The notes under the pieces are model-generated. The model made no database searches and was not told the origin of the DNA. It saw only the letters and a program-made list of their open reading frames with translations. From the IMG/VR virus record IMGVR_UViG_3300025407_001359: a DNA stretch of 64,000 bases; one strand, written 5' to 3'. Position numbers and translations under genes: made by a program. The stretch is from a virus. Positions 1 to 8,014 of the stretch are shown in pieces; position 1 is the stretch's first letter; each line of letters begins with the position of its first letter.

Positions 1-1996
1 ACACGAACGCTTGGGTGTTAAGACCAAAGTGTCTGGTGGTTACCATTCGGCCACACGTGATGACAAGACTTGGATTTTTGAACCCGACTCCAGCTTGGAC
101 GCAGACGAATCAGACAACTTGGCTATAGAAATTGTCAGCCCGCCAATGCCGTTAGAGACTTGCTTGCGTTTTATGGAAGACTTTTTTGAATGGGCCGAGG
201 ACAACGGCGCTTACAGCAACAGCTCAACCGGTTTCCATATGGGCGTGAGCCTGCCACATCGTGGTGGTGATGTTGACTATGTTAAATTGGCCCTGTTCTT
301 GGGCGACGAACACGTGTTACAGGAATTTGGTCGTGCCGGTAACAGTTTCTGCGAAGCCGCAATGAAAAAGATTCGCAATCGAGTCAAAGGCAACAAAGAA
401 GCGGTAGGTAGCGCATTGACCTTGATGCGTAGTAATCTATTAGAGTTGGCACAAAAAGCTCTAGAGATCAACAATCACGGATTTGGCAAGTATACCAGTA
501 TCAATCCCAAAGGCGGTACAGACAGTACACACCCACACAAGGAACGTGGTGCCAAGTACATTGAGTTTCGTAGTGCTGGTGGATCAAATTATTTTGAAGA
601 CATTGACAAATTAAAAAATACCTTGTTGCGTTATGCCAAGGCCATGACTGTGGCTGCCAATCCGGCTGCTGAACGCAAAGAATACTACAAGAAGTTATAC
701 AAACTTATTAGTCCACCCGACGGTGATGCCAGTTTGGATTTGTTTGCTAGATTTGCTACCGGCGCTATTTCAAAAGAAGATCTCAAGAAGCAATGGGCTG
801 AGAAACAGTTAGATGATGAACCCAAGGGCGATTGGAAAGTATACGATGCCAACGGAAAATATATCATTGGACAGGACTATCACGGTTATACAAAATCTGA
901 AGTATGGGAACGTGCTAAAAAGAAATTAAGTCCCGGCGGCAGTATGGAAGGTTTCCAAAAGGAATATCGAGTATTACCAATGAAGAGTACCACTGGTGAT
1001 TGGGAAGTATACAACAATGACACCGGCGAAACTTTAGAAATCTTACACGGCTACGCAACCAAGGGCGCGGCCGCCGACGCAGTATACGACAAGTATGTGA
1101 CCAACCAGGGCATTGCATTTAATTTACGTCCGGCCGATCCTGAAACTCCAGAGCCAGAATTAACTCCCAGAGCCAAGTTGGCCAAACGTATCAAAGCACC
1201 CAAACCCAATTGGAATGTGGTGTATCGTCCTACTGGTCGTGTGATCGATGAGCTGATTAATGTTTCAAAAGAAGAAGCTCAAAAACTCTTGCACCACGTG
1301 GCCACCTTGCACGACTTTGACAGTATAGATGATCTAGAGCTACATAACCAAGCAGATGTACCAAATTCCAATGACACAGATCCCGAGGATGAACCACACA
1401 AGTGGGAATTTTATCGTGCTGAAACAGGTGCAGTGATTGATACTGTAGACAATGCTTCCAAGAGTCAAGCCGAAATGGTGCGTAGAGATCTTGTGCGCAG
1501 ATACGGTCATCCAGATGACAGCGTTCGTATGCGTACCGTACCTACAGATGCAAGCCGTGAACGTTACGATAGTCGTCAAGAACACAACCCAGTGGTCAAT
1601 CAACCACCACAGCAATTTATAACACAACGTCCTGCCACTGGCGACTACTATGAAATACGTGGCGGTAGCGATAATAGAATCTATGGTTTCTTGCCAACCA
1701 TGCCAGGACAACCATCGCAGTTGCAGACTATAGTTACTGCTGCCAAACAATATGTGAATGACTTGACTGGTAGAGATGATGCGTATATACAATACCGTGC
1801 CGGAGATCCTGTGCAGGCTACAGCACCAAATGGTGTTCCGCTATGGCAAGTGTATGAACGTGACTCAGGACACGTGGTACACGCATTTGCCGATCACGAT
1901 CAACGTAGTGCCTGGTCTACAGCACAAACGTGGTTACGTGATCACGGTGCAGAAGATCCTAGCTTGTTTAGCTTACGTCCAATGATGAGTACATAA
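1..1996 (+). CDS. Putative amidoligase (COOH-NH2 ligase, glutamine-synthetase-like fold) with C-terminal tandem repeat modules; 5'-truncated by the window edge
   Basis: Motifs EIVSPP, NSSTGFHMGVS, KYTSIN and YIEFRSAGG; the frame is open back to base 2; about 6 C-terminal W.VY...TG.V modules. Confidence 0.75.
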   Translation, partial: HERLGVKTKVSGGYHSATRDDKTWIFEPDSSLDADESDNLAIEIVSPPMPLETCLRFMEDFFEWAEDNGAYSNSSTGFHMGVSLPHRGGDVDYVKLALFLGDEHVLQEFGRAGNSFCEAAMKKIRNRVKGNKEAVGSALTLMRSNLLELAQKALEINNHGFGKYTSINPKGGTDSTHPHKERGAKYIEFRSAGGSNYFEDIDKLKNTLLRYAKAMTVAANPAAERKEYYKKLYKLISPPDGDASLDLFARFATGAISKEDLKKQWAEKQLDDEPKGDWKVYDANGKYIIGQDYHGYTKSEVWERAKKKLSPGGSMEGFQKEYRVLPMKSTTGDWEVYNNDTGETLEILHGYATKGAAADAVYDKYVTNQGIAFNLRPADPETPEPELTPRAKLAKRIKAPKPNWNVVYRPTGRVIDELINVSKEEAQKLLHHVATLHDFDSIDDLELHNQADVPNSNDTDPEDEPHKWEFYRAETGAVIDTVDNASKSQAEMVRRDLVRRYGHPDDSVRMRTVPTDASRERYDSRQEHNPVVNQPPQQFITQRPATGDYYEIRGGSDNRIYGFLPTMPGQPSQLQTIVTAAKQYVNDLTGRDDAYIQYRAGDPVQATAPNGVPLWQVYERDSGHVVHAFADHDQRSAWSTAQTWLRDHGAEDPSLFSLRPMMST

Positions 1997-3516
1997 TGAG
2001 ATTCTTAGAATTTGCACCCAGTCCTGAACGTGACGACGATGAAATGCCCAACCAGCTGCTGATATTGGCCAATCGCTGGTGGAATGCCACAGATGAACAA
2101 CCGCAAATTGAGCACGTGTTAAACAGTCTTGGCTGGAGCATACATCAAGTCGAAAGTGAAGATGATGCTGTTCAACTACAGCATCGTGATGGTACTACTT
2201 ACTTTATTAGTGCTGACGAATTTGATCCAGACTTATTTGAAATCAGTGACGAGTTAAGACGTAATTACTTGCACCGTGCTGGTCAGCAGGTTGATCGTAG
2301 ACTTGACCGTATGGCACAAGCACGTGATCGTCTCGACAAGGGTTACGAAATCTATCACGCCGATCGTCCAGCTGGCGGCTCACAAATAGTAGATCGCTTT
2401 GAAGCAGATACTCCTGCTCTTGCAAGACGCTATTATGAACGGTTTATTCAAGATTATGATAGTGATGTAGACTTTGATCTACGCTTACGACGTGCTACTG
2501 GTATCCTAGAAACTTTGTTAGCTCTTGAATCCGGCGATTGGTTGCTAGCTGAATCATCTCAAGGTGTTGAAATTAAAAAAAGCAGTTTGTTTGATCAATC
2601 GCTAGTAACAAAAGCTCAATCGGCTCCGGGAATATCAGATAAAATAAAAGAATTTTTAAACTTTAGAATAAACAATCCTGGACGAGTAATAGGTAACGAC
2701 AAACCGTTTGCGTCAGCTGGTCCAATAGCACGTGCTTTACCAAAATTGCGTCATTATCATCTAACTAGAGATTTGAGTTTGTTTTATTCTATGGAAGGTC
2801 GTGCCCCTGCTGTTATCAAATTGTACGGAGTATTCAGTCATAGCGATAGCGGAACAGGTACACCGGGCAATATCAACAAACAAAAAAGTTTTGCACAGCA
2901 ATTGATTAATCAACCTGTAAATGAATTAACCTTGGTTCCTACAGTGGCCAAAAGCAAGCGTGAGCACTTAGACGTTATGCCTAACGATGGCCGACCTATC
3001 CCCAAAGGTGATGAAACCGAATACCTAGGTGACTTGGTAGCCGAGATGGGCAATGGATATCAACTATGGTCGTGGACCAGCCACGGTACTGTTACTTACT
3101 ATGTGTTTGATACGGCGACACGTCGTTGCCAACTGGGCACCACCGGTCGCCCGTACAAGACAAACCGTGACAGTTTTATCATACAAGGTGTTTATTCAGG
3201 TCCACGCAATCGTTATCGTGCTGCTGATCTATATGCTTTCCTTGTACTCAATCGTGGCTTAACCTTGGTATCAGATTACAAACAAAGTGCTGGTGGCTAT
3301 CGCGTGTGGCAAGAATTACAACGTCGCTATGGTCGTCGGATAAACATACACGGTTTTGATACACGCACCGATGAACCAGTAAATGTATCAGCTGATCCCG
3401 AAGATGAGCCCGATACACACGTGGATCGTGATGTAGTTAAACGTGCCGGTCCTGCTATGAAAAAGGAACTGGGTTCTATCAGTAGAGACCTACGTTTTGT
3501 GGCAAGTGCAAGATGA
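1996..3516 (+). CDS. Multidomain probable virion protein with a RelE/YafQ-like domain and a C-terminal GNAT-like domain
   Basis: LRHYHLTRDLSLFYSME...IKLYGVFSHSD resembles YafQ/RelE; AADLYAFL...LVSDYKQSAGGYRVWQEL resembles phage GNAT-like domains; N-terminus MRFLEF. Confidence 0.55.
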   Translation: MRFLEFAPSPERDDDEMPNQLLILANRWWNATDEQPQIEHVLNSLGWSIHQVESEDDAVQLQHRDGTTYFISADEFDPDLFEISDELRRNYLHRAGQQVDRRLDRMAQARDRLDKGYEIYHADRPAGGSQIVDRFEADTPALARRYYERFIQDYDSDVDFDLRLRRATGILETLLALESGDWLLAESSQGVEIKKSSLFDQSLVTKAQSAPGISDKIKEFLNFRINNPGRVIGNDKPFASAGPIARALPKLRHYHLTRDLSLFYSMEGRAPAVIKLYGVFSHSDSGTGTPGNINKQKSFAQQLINQPVNELTLVPTVAKSKREHLDVMPNDGRPIPKGDETEYLGDLVAEMGNGYQLWSWTSHGTVTYYVFDTATRRCQLGTTGRPYKTNRDSFIIQGVYSGPRNRYRAADLYAFLVLNRGLTLVSDYKQSAGGYRVWQELQRRYGRRINIHGFDTRTDEPVNVSADPEDEPDTHVDRDVVKRAGPAMKKELGSISRDLRFVASAR

Positions 3517-3869
3517 GAGCTAAAGAATTTCAAACAGTTCCAGCTGAAAAAATCTTAGACTACGTGAAACGCACACAAGGTGACGGCCATTTTCATATGG
3601 ACCATCTGATTACCGATCACCCCAATTGGCGCCTGACCCAGATACCATTGAAAAAATTACGCATTCCTGGCACAGATTCAGAACAGGCGGATCCATACAA
3701 TCGCGTATTAGATACCAACATAGATTATGCTGACAGTCTAGATCCTGCGGATATTCGGCGTCGTCCTATTGTGGTAGATACCAATGGTGTTATAATAGAT
3801 GGCAATCATCGTGCCTATCAAGCACATCAATTGAAATGGCAGTCAATTCCTGCTTACGTACCTGCATAA
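3513..3869 (+). CDS. ParB/Sulfiredoxin-like domain protein
   Basis: PIVVDTNGVIIDGNHRAYQA motif. Confidence 0.75.
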   Translation: MRAKEFQTVPAEKILDYVKRTQGDGHFHMDHLITDHPNWRLTQIPLKKLRIPGTDSEQADPYNRVLDTNIDYADSLDPADIRRRPIVVDTNGVIIDGNHRAYQAHQLKWQSIPAYVPA

Positions 3870-3872
3870 AAC

Positions 3873-3896
3873 AAAACCCGCACTAGGCGGGTTTTT
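3873..3896. terminator. Bidirectional intrinsic terminator
   Basis: AAAACCCGC-ACTAG-GCGGGTTTT hairpin between convergent genes. Confidence 0.85.
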
Positions 3897-3924
3897 CTTT
3901 GAAGTATTATTGTTTTTTTACAAA

Positions 3925-4542
3925 TTAAACCATTGCGTAAACAACTGTGCGTGTTACGCCTTTTTCTGCCAACTGTGGAACAAAGAACATATCCAAGTAA
4001 GGATTAGAACTTTGATCAGCAGCATTCAAATATTGGTGAGTAGCAATCACATTGGCACCGTTAATGACTAAGTCTGTCAATTTGCCATAGTGTTCATATG
4101 TTTCTAAACCAGCAACAAATGTGTCAATGTATGCATCAGTTGGGCTGGTAAATGTGTAAGTTGTTGTAACAGTATAAGGAGCATCAATACCAGCAACAGT
4201 TACAGCAGCTGCACGTTCAGCTGCAGTGGCATATGAAGTCAACGGAAAGCTGTTGGAAATTCTGTAGTCTTGGAATTCTTTAGCACCAGCAATGCCATAA
4301 GCAGTTTCTGCTGTGCTTAACGCATTTAAGTCTGGATAATTTACCACACGAGTTTGTGTCAAACCATCATCGCTGATTGTTTCTGTTACAGTGACACCAG
4401 CAGTTTTTAATGCCTGGCTGATGGATTGGAATTGTGGAAGTACAGATGCATCGCCCGAAGCAACTGCGGCACGACCTGCTACAGAATAAAAATCTACAGT
4501 AGTGTTTGGACGGCTTAATACGATAGTTTTGGTGATTGCCAT
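3925..4542 (-). CDS. Hypothetical protein, late and possibly structural
   Basis: 205-aa T/A/V-rich ORF; CATAAATA late-type motif on the - strand at 4566-4573; AAGGA SD. Confidence 0.7.
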   Translation of the reverse strand: MAITKTIVLSRPNTTVDFYSVAGRAAVASGDASVLPQFQSISQALKTAGVTVTETISDDGLTQTRVVNYPDLNALSTAETAYGIAGAKEFQDYRISNSFPLTSYATAAERAAAVTVAGIDAPYTVTTTYTFTSPTDAYIDTFVAGLETYEHYGKLTDLVINGANVIATHQYLNAADQSSNPYLDMFFVPQLAEKGVTRTVVYAMV

Positions 4543-4622
4543 TTTAAAAAATCCTTATGATAATGTATTTATGCGTCAAGTCTAATAAGATAGTCTGTTG
4601 TTAAAAAACTACACTTATTTGG

Positions 4623-4651
4623 TTGACTCAAAATTTGAAATAATCTATAAT
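4623..4651 (+). promoter_or_regulatory. Sigma70-type early promoter
   Basis: TTGACT-17bp-TATAAT. Confidence 0.85.
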
Positions 4652-4688
4652 TGTATTTATCGTAAACATTAAAAGGCGTTAGAAAACT

Positions 4689-4922
4689 ATGTCATATACA
4701 GTTTTTAAACACGATCCCAAGTGGCAACCACGCAAAGGCCTAGAAGGCCCGTTTCACTATCCCAATGGGCAGGTGCTATACTACGATCCTCAAGCGGGTC
4801 AATATTACGACCCTACCACCGATTTTTATGTGGACAATGCAGATGTTGCGAAATTACAACAGTCTATTCTTGACGCCATTGCACGGGATTATTGTGATCC
4901 GTGGCAGTTTGTAACAGTCTAA
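4689..4922 (+). CDS. Hypothetical early protein
   Basis: ORF downstream of the promoter; GQVLYYDPQAGQYYDP. Confidence 0.7.
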   Translation: MSYTVFKHDPKWQPRKGLEGPFHYPNGQVLYYDPQAGQYYDPTTDFYVDNADVAKLQQSILDAIARDYCDPWQFVTV

Positions 4923-4928
4923 TTTGGG

Positions 4929-4957
4929 TTGACCCAAAAATGCCAAAATGCTATAAT
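4929..4957 (+). promoter_or_regulatory. Sigma70-type early promoter with extended -10
   Basis: TTGACC-CAAAAATGCCAAAATGC-TATAAT; near-identical copies at 6982, 7278 and 9181. Confidence 0.9.
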
Positions 4958-4986
4958 ACTTGTATAGTGAATAACAAGGAGTTGAA

Positions 4987-5199
4987 ATGTTCGAAACACT
5001 AGTAGATCAATTGGTTAAAGTGACACTCACAAATGAGCCAGTCAAAACTGAGTTTTACAATGGTACCTTGTTTGTTCGTACCATTACCGAAACGCAGGCT
5101 CGCACGGTGTTTCATCGATTAAGCGAGACATTTGGGTTAGGTAAAGTCGTTGTTAGCCCAATTGGCGATACTGGCGAATTTGCTTACGATTTTATCTAA
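4987..5199 (+). CDS. Hypothetical early protein
   Basis: AAGGAG SD; 70 aa. Confidence 0.75.
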   Translation: MFETLVDQLVKVTLTNEPVKTEFYNGTLFVRTITETQARTVFHRLSETFGLGKVVVSPIGDTGEFAYDFI

Positions 5200-5208
5200 G
5201 GAGACAGT

Positions 5209-5364
5209 ATGACCAAAAAACATTTTATCGCAATGGCTCAAGAAATCAAGGCAATTCCTGTTTTGTCGGAGCGATTGACAGCGGCCATTGCGTTTTGCAA
5301 AGTGGCACGAATGGCCAATCCTAGATTTGATCAGGCCCGTTTTTTAGATGCGTGTGAGGTTTGA
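5209..5364 (+). CDS. Small hypothetical protein (MTKKHF...NPRFDQARFLDAC); not in the ORF track
   Basis: AAGGAG SD; 51 aa, translated by hand. Confidence 0.7.
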   Translation: MTKKHFIAMAQEIKAIPVLSERLTAAIAFCKVARMANPRFDQARFLDACEV

Positions 5365-5365
5365 T

Positions 5366-5641
5366 ATGATCAATGTCACTGATATTCGTTCAGCATTGGT
5401 AACAGGTCAATTTGGCAATGCCGACTTGATTGCTATTCAAGAAGCCCTGACCTTTGCTCGCAATCAATTGGCTCGCCGCAATACTGGTCAATTTCTCAAA
5501 GGCGACACAGTAAAATTCAAGTCCAGCCGTAATAACCAGTTTTACCAAGGCGTGATTGAAAAGGTCAATATCAAGAATATTTTGGTTCGCACTCCAGTTG
5601 GTGTATATCGCGTACCAGCCAATATGGTAGAAACAGTATGA
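5366..5641 (+). CDS. Hypothetical protein, SH3/KOW-like
   Basis: KGDTVKF...QGVIEKVNIKNILV; ATG at 5366 preferred over the upstream start in the ORF track. Confidence 0.65.
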   Translation: MINVTDIRSALVTGQFGNADLIAIQEALTFARNQLARRNTGQFLKGDTVKFKSSRNNQFYQGVIEKVNIKNILVRTPVGVYRVPANMVETV

Positions 5642-5849
5642 TCATCGTTGATGTTGGGTTGGTGTTTGTTGCAGTAGGTATTGTTGGTTTAATTGTGTCG
5701 TATTTGATATGGAGAACATTATGAGAATGTTTATTGCAGGTACTATCTTTGGTTTGGTTTTGGCTACCGTGGGCTTTTCGGGTATTGCTAGAATGTTGGA
5801 TCGCGGAGTTGACGTGGTCAAAACCCAAAGTACAGAGTTGGCCAAGTAA
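5638..5849 (+). CDS. Two tiny overlapping membrane-peptide ORFs (5638-5724 and 5721-5849)
   Basis: ATGA overlaps; hydrophobic translations; GGAG SD before the second ORF. Confidence 0.5.
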
Positions 5850-5876
5850 TTTTGGCAAAAGAATTTCATATTTAGG

Positions 5877-5905
5877 TTGACTCTAAATTCGAATTAACTT
5901 ATAAT
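5877..5905 (+). promoter_or_regulatory. Sigma70-type promoter
   Basis: TTGACT-17bp-TATAAT. Confidence 0.85.
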
Positions 5906-5973
5906 ATGAAATATGTTGGAGTGTGTCCAGCATAATTTAACTGTAGTTTTTAACTTAAATGGAGTGTTTTAAA

Positions 5974-6300
5974 ATGGATAAATTGTTCAAAGTTGGTGGC
6001 GTTTCTAAGACTAAAGGTCAATACAAAGTGCGTTTCGCATCTGATATGACTCGTGTCAAGATCTTGGCCAAGACTGATAGTGATATCAATCTTGTTGAGT
6101 TGCCAAAAGCAATGACCAAGCCAGAATTGGTAACTTTCTTGAAAGGTACTGATTTGTATGCTAACGGTAATTACCGTGCAGCTATCGATGCAGCTGATGC
6201 CAAGTACAATGGTACCGTATCTGCCAAAGCTGGTAAAGTCAAGCCAAGCCTTGATGCTATCAAAGCTCGTGCAACAGCCAAAGACGCTGTAGCTGAGTAA
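5974..6300 (+). CDS. Basic Lys/Ala-rich hypothetical protein, possibly nucleic-acid binding
   Basis: GGAG SD upstream of ATG 5974; K/A-rich composition. Confidence 0.7.
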   Translation: MDKLFKVGGVSKTKGQYKVRFASDMTRVKILAKTDSDINLVELPKAMTKPELVTFLKGTDLYANGNYRAAIDAADAKYNGTVSAKAGKVKPSLDAIKARATAKDAVAE

Positions 6301-6305
6301 TACTC

Positions 6306-6497
6306 GTAAGGGCATCGCTGGGAAGCGTATTAGCCCCTTACTATCAGCAAGTGTTTGAGACGGAAACATAGGTATCGTTGGCAGACGTGTCAACTATGCG
6401 GGCCTAACTGGCGTGGAACAGGTCCTAACATAACTAGCCATACGCTATTGCCGGGAAGCACCCGACGCATAAATTGGCACTCGAACACTTACTAATA
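6306..6497 (+). ncRNA. Unassigned structured RNA
   Basis: Stem 6349-6359 pairs with 6480-6490; internal helices GTTGGCA/TGTCAAC, TATGCG/CGCATA and CGGG/CCCG; upstream GGGA-tetraloop hairpin at 6306-6341; no convincing ORF. Confidence 0.55.
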
Positions 6498-6505
6498 GTA
6501 TAAAT

Positions 6506-6592
6506 ATGATTATGACATATTTAGCCTGTTTGATCGCTGTAGCAGTTTTACTCTATGTAATGATAGAGATAAAAAACTGGTTGGATTTTTAA
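6506..6592 (+). CDS. Possible small membrane peptide (MIMTYLACLIAVAVLLYVMIEIKNWLDF)
   Basis: Hydrophobic 28-aa ORF right after TATAAATA at 6499-6506. Confidence 0.35.
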   Translation: MIMTYLACLIAVAVLLYVMIEIKNWLDF

Positions 6593-6596
6593 AGAA

Positions 6597-6925
6597 TTGT
6601 TGTAACTCCTTTAGAGTGAAGGCATTGCGGACGTGGGTGCGATTCCCACCACCTCCACCTAAACGTATTGTTGATCTGGGACACGAAGTCGTGCAGTTAG
6701 TCTAAGATCCCATTGTTTAGTGGGTACACAGGGGCAGATCCTGTACAGTATGTTTAGTTGGGGGTGACTAGTTTCGACGTGGTGAGATAGCAACGAAGGC
6801 AACAGGACAGAGCAGTCCAAAAAACTAAAAAAAGTAAACGCAAACGACTCACAGTTCGCATTGGCAGCCTAAGGGCCGCCTAGGGCAGGAAATGCCTCGT
6901 AACAGAAACAACCATTGTGTTGCCT
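6597..6925 (+). ncRNA. ssrA: Circularly permuted two-piece tmRNA: acceptor piece about 6597-6659, spacer 6660-6759, coding piece about 6760-6925; tag ANDSQFALAA*
   Basis: T-arm GTGGG-TGCGATT-CCCAC followed by CACCTCC-A-CC lies upstream of the 5' strand GGGGGTG at 6760, giving a G3:U70 Ala acceptor stem; tag ORF GCA AAC GAC TCA CAG TTC GCA TTG GCA GCC TAA at 6840-6872. Confidence 0.93.
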
Positions 6926-6939
6926 AAAAACAACACCTT

Positions 6940-6964
6940 AAACCCCCTGAAAATGGGGGTTTTT
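6940..6964 (+). terminator. Intrinsic terminator after the tmRNA
   Basis: AAACCCCC-TGAAAAT-GGGGGTTTTT. Confidence 0.85.
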
Positions 6965-6981
6965 GCTGGCCTAAATTTTGG

Positions 6982-7010
6982 TTGATCCAAAAAGGCCAAA
7001 ATGCTATAAT
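6982..7010 (+). promoter_or_regulatory. Sigma70-type early promoter
   Basis: TTGATC-17bp-TATAAT with TG extension. Confidence 0.85.
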
Positions 7011-7040
7011 ACTTGTATAGTTAATAAAAAGGAGCTAGAA

Positions 7041-7271
7041 ATGAGTCAAGTACAATACAAAGTAGGTGATGATGTTAGTCACGGTATCGGCGGCGATCGT
7101 TACTATGATGGCAAAATTTCCCGTATTACCAAGCGTTTTATTTTCACAGATTCAGGTCGTCAATACACTCGCAAAGAGGACAAAAATGGTCGTGTGTATT
7201 ACACCCAAACCGGTTGTCGGTACTGCTACCTGATTCCAGGTATTCAAGAGTATATGGACCCGCATTTTTGA
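7041..7271 (+). CDS. Hypothetical early protein
   Basis: AAGGAG SD; ATG at 7041. Confidence 0.7.
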   Translation: MSQVQYKVGDDVSHGIGGDRYYDGKISRITKRFIFTDSGRQYTRKEDKNGRVYYTQTGCRYCYLIPGIQEYMDPHF

Positions 7272-7277
7272 TTTGGG

Positions 7278-7306
7278 TTGACCCAAAATTGCCAAAATGC
7301 TATAAT
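7278..7306 (+). promoter_or_regulatory. Sigma70-type early promoter
   Basis: TTGACC-17bp-TATAAT. Confidence 0.9.
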
Positions 7307-7334
7307 GTTACATACAGTTAAAAAAGGAGCCGAA

Positions 7335-7670
7335 ATGACCAGTGCAGATATTCAAAACATTTTGATCGAAGCCAAACAGGCCGCTCGCGAAGCCGCTGAA
7401 CAGTTCTTCCAGGAGAAGTTGGGCGGTGTTGACAAATACTCGTGCGGTTTTGCCTGGGTAGAGATCTACGGTGTCAAAGGCAATACTAAATTGGGCCGGG
7501 CATTCAAAGCCGCAGGCATCAACAAGAATTATTCCGGTGCTTACTCAATTTGGAATCCAGCAGGCCTTGGTGTGCAAAACATTGACACCCTTGAAGCAGG
7601 TGCTGAAGCGGCAGCCCGGGTTTTTGAGAAGTATGGTTTCCGTGCTTATGCTGGTAGCCGTTTAGACTAA
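7335..7670 (+). CDS. Conserved phage hypothetical protein (CGFAWV motif)
   Basis: AAGGAG SD; ATG at 7335. Confidence 0.75.
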   Translation: MTSADIQNILIEAKQAAREAAEQFFQEKLGGVDKYSCGFAWVEIYGVKGNTKLGRAFKAAGINKNYSGAYSIWNPAGLGVQNIDTLEAGAEAAARVFEKYGFRAYAGSRLD

Positions 7671-8014
7671 TGAAGTTCTACAAAGAAACCACAAAAGATT
7701 GGGCGGCACCAACGCCCAATCACATTTACTTGCTGTCAACAGACAAGAGCAAAATGTACGGTTACATCAAAGCCGGTACCGAAGAAGTAACAGTGGTCAA
7801 AAAGGCCTATCCGTTTGATGCTCGACGTAGAACTTTTCGAGAAGTGCCAGAATTAGGCGAGTTAAGTTTGGACGATGTCCGTACTGAAACCTGGGAATTT
7901 GTAGGCAGTAAGGGCGACAAGTATATTGTTGAGAAAACGGATAATATGTTAAAATGCAGTTGTCCAGGTTTTACATATCGCGGTGATTGCAAGCACGTCA
8001 GGGAGATTGCATAA
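7670..8014 (+). CDS. SWIM zinc-finger protein
   Basis: CSCPGFTYRGDCKH. Confidence 0.8.
   Translation: MKFYKETTKDWAAPTPNHIYLLSTDKSKMYGYIKAGTEEVTVVKKAYPFDARRRTFREVPELGELSLDDVRTETWEFVGSKGDKYIVEKTDNMLKCSCPGFTYRGDCKHVREIA

Noticed and set aside
6415-6460. Resemblance of CAGGTCC...AGCC...TGCCGGGA to SRP (4.5S) RNA
   Set aside because: The diagnostic CC-GGAA-GG tetraloop helix and GGAAGCAG internal loop are missing, so the match is probably coincidental.
6671-6745. tmRNA spacer read as a canonical tRNA
   Set aside because: The candidate anticodon loop is 6 nt, there is no TTC T-loop and the D-arm geometry is wrong; kept only as tRNA-like.
4929-7306. Repeated ~30-nt units as a CRISPR array
   Set aside because: Spacing is irregular (hundreds to thousands of nt) with ORFs in between, and the units are -35/-10 promoters; no cas genes.
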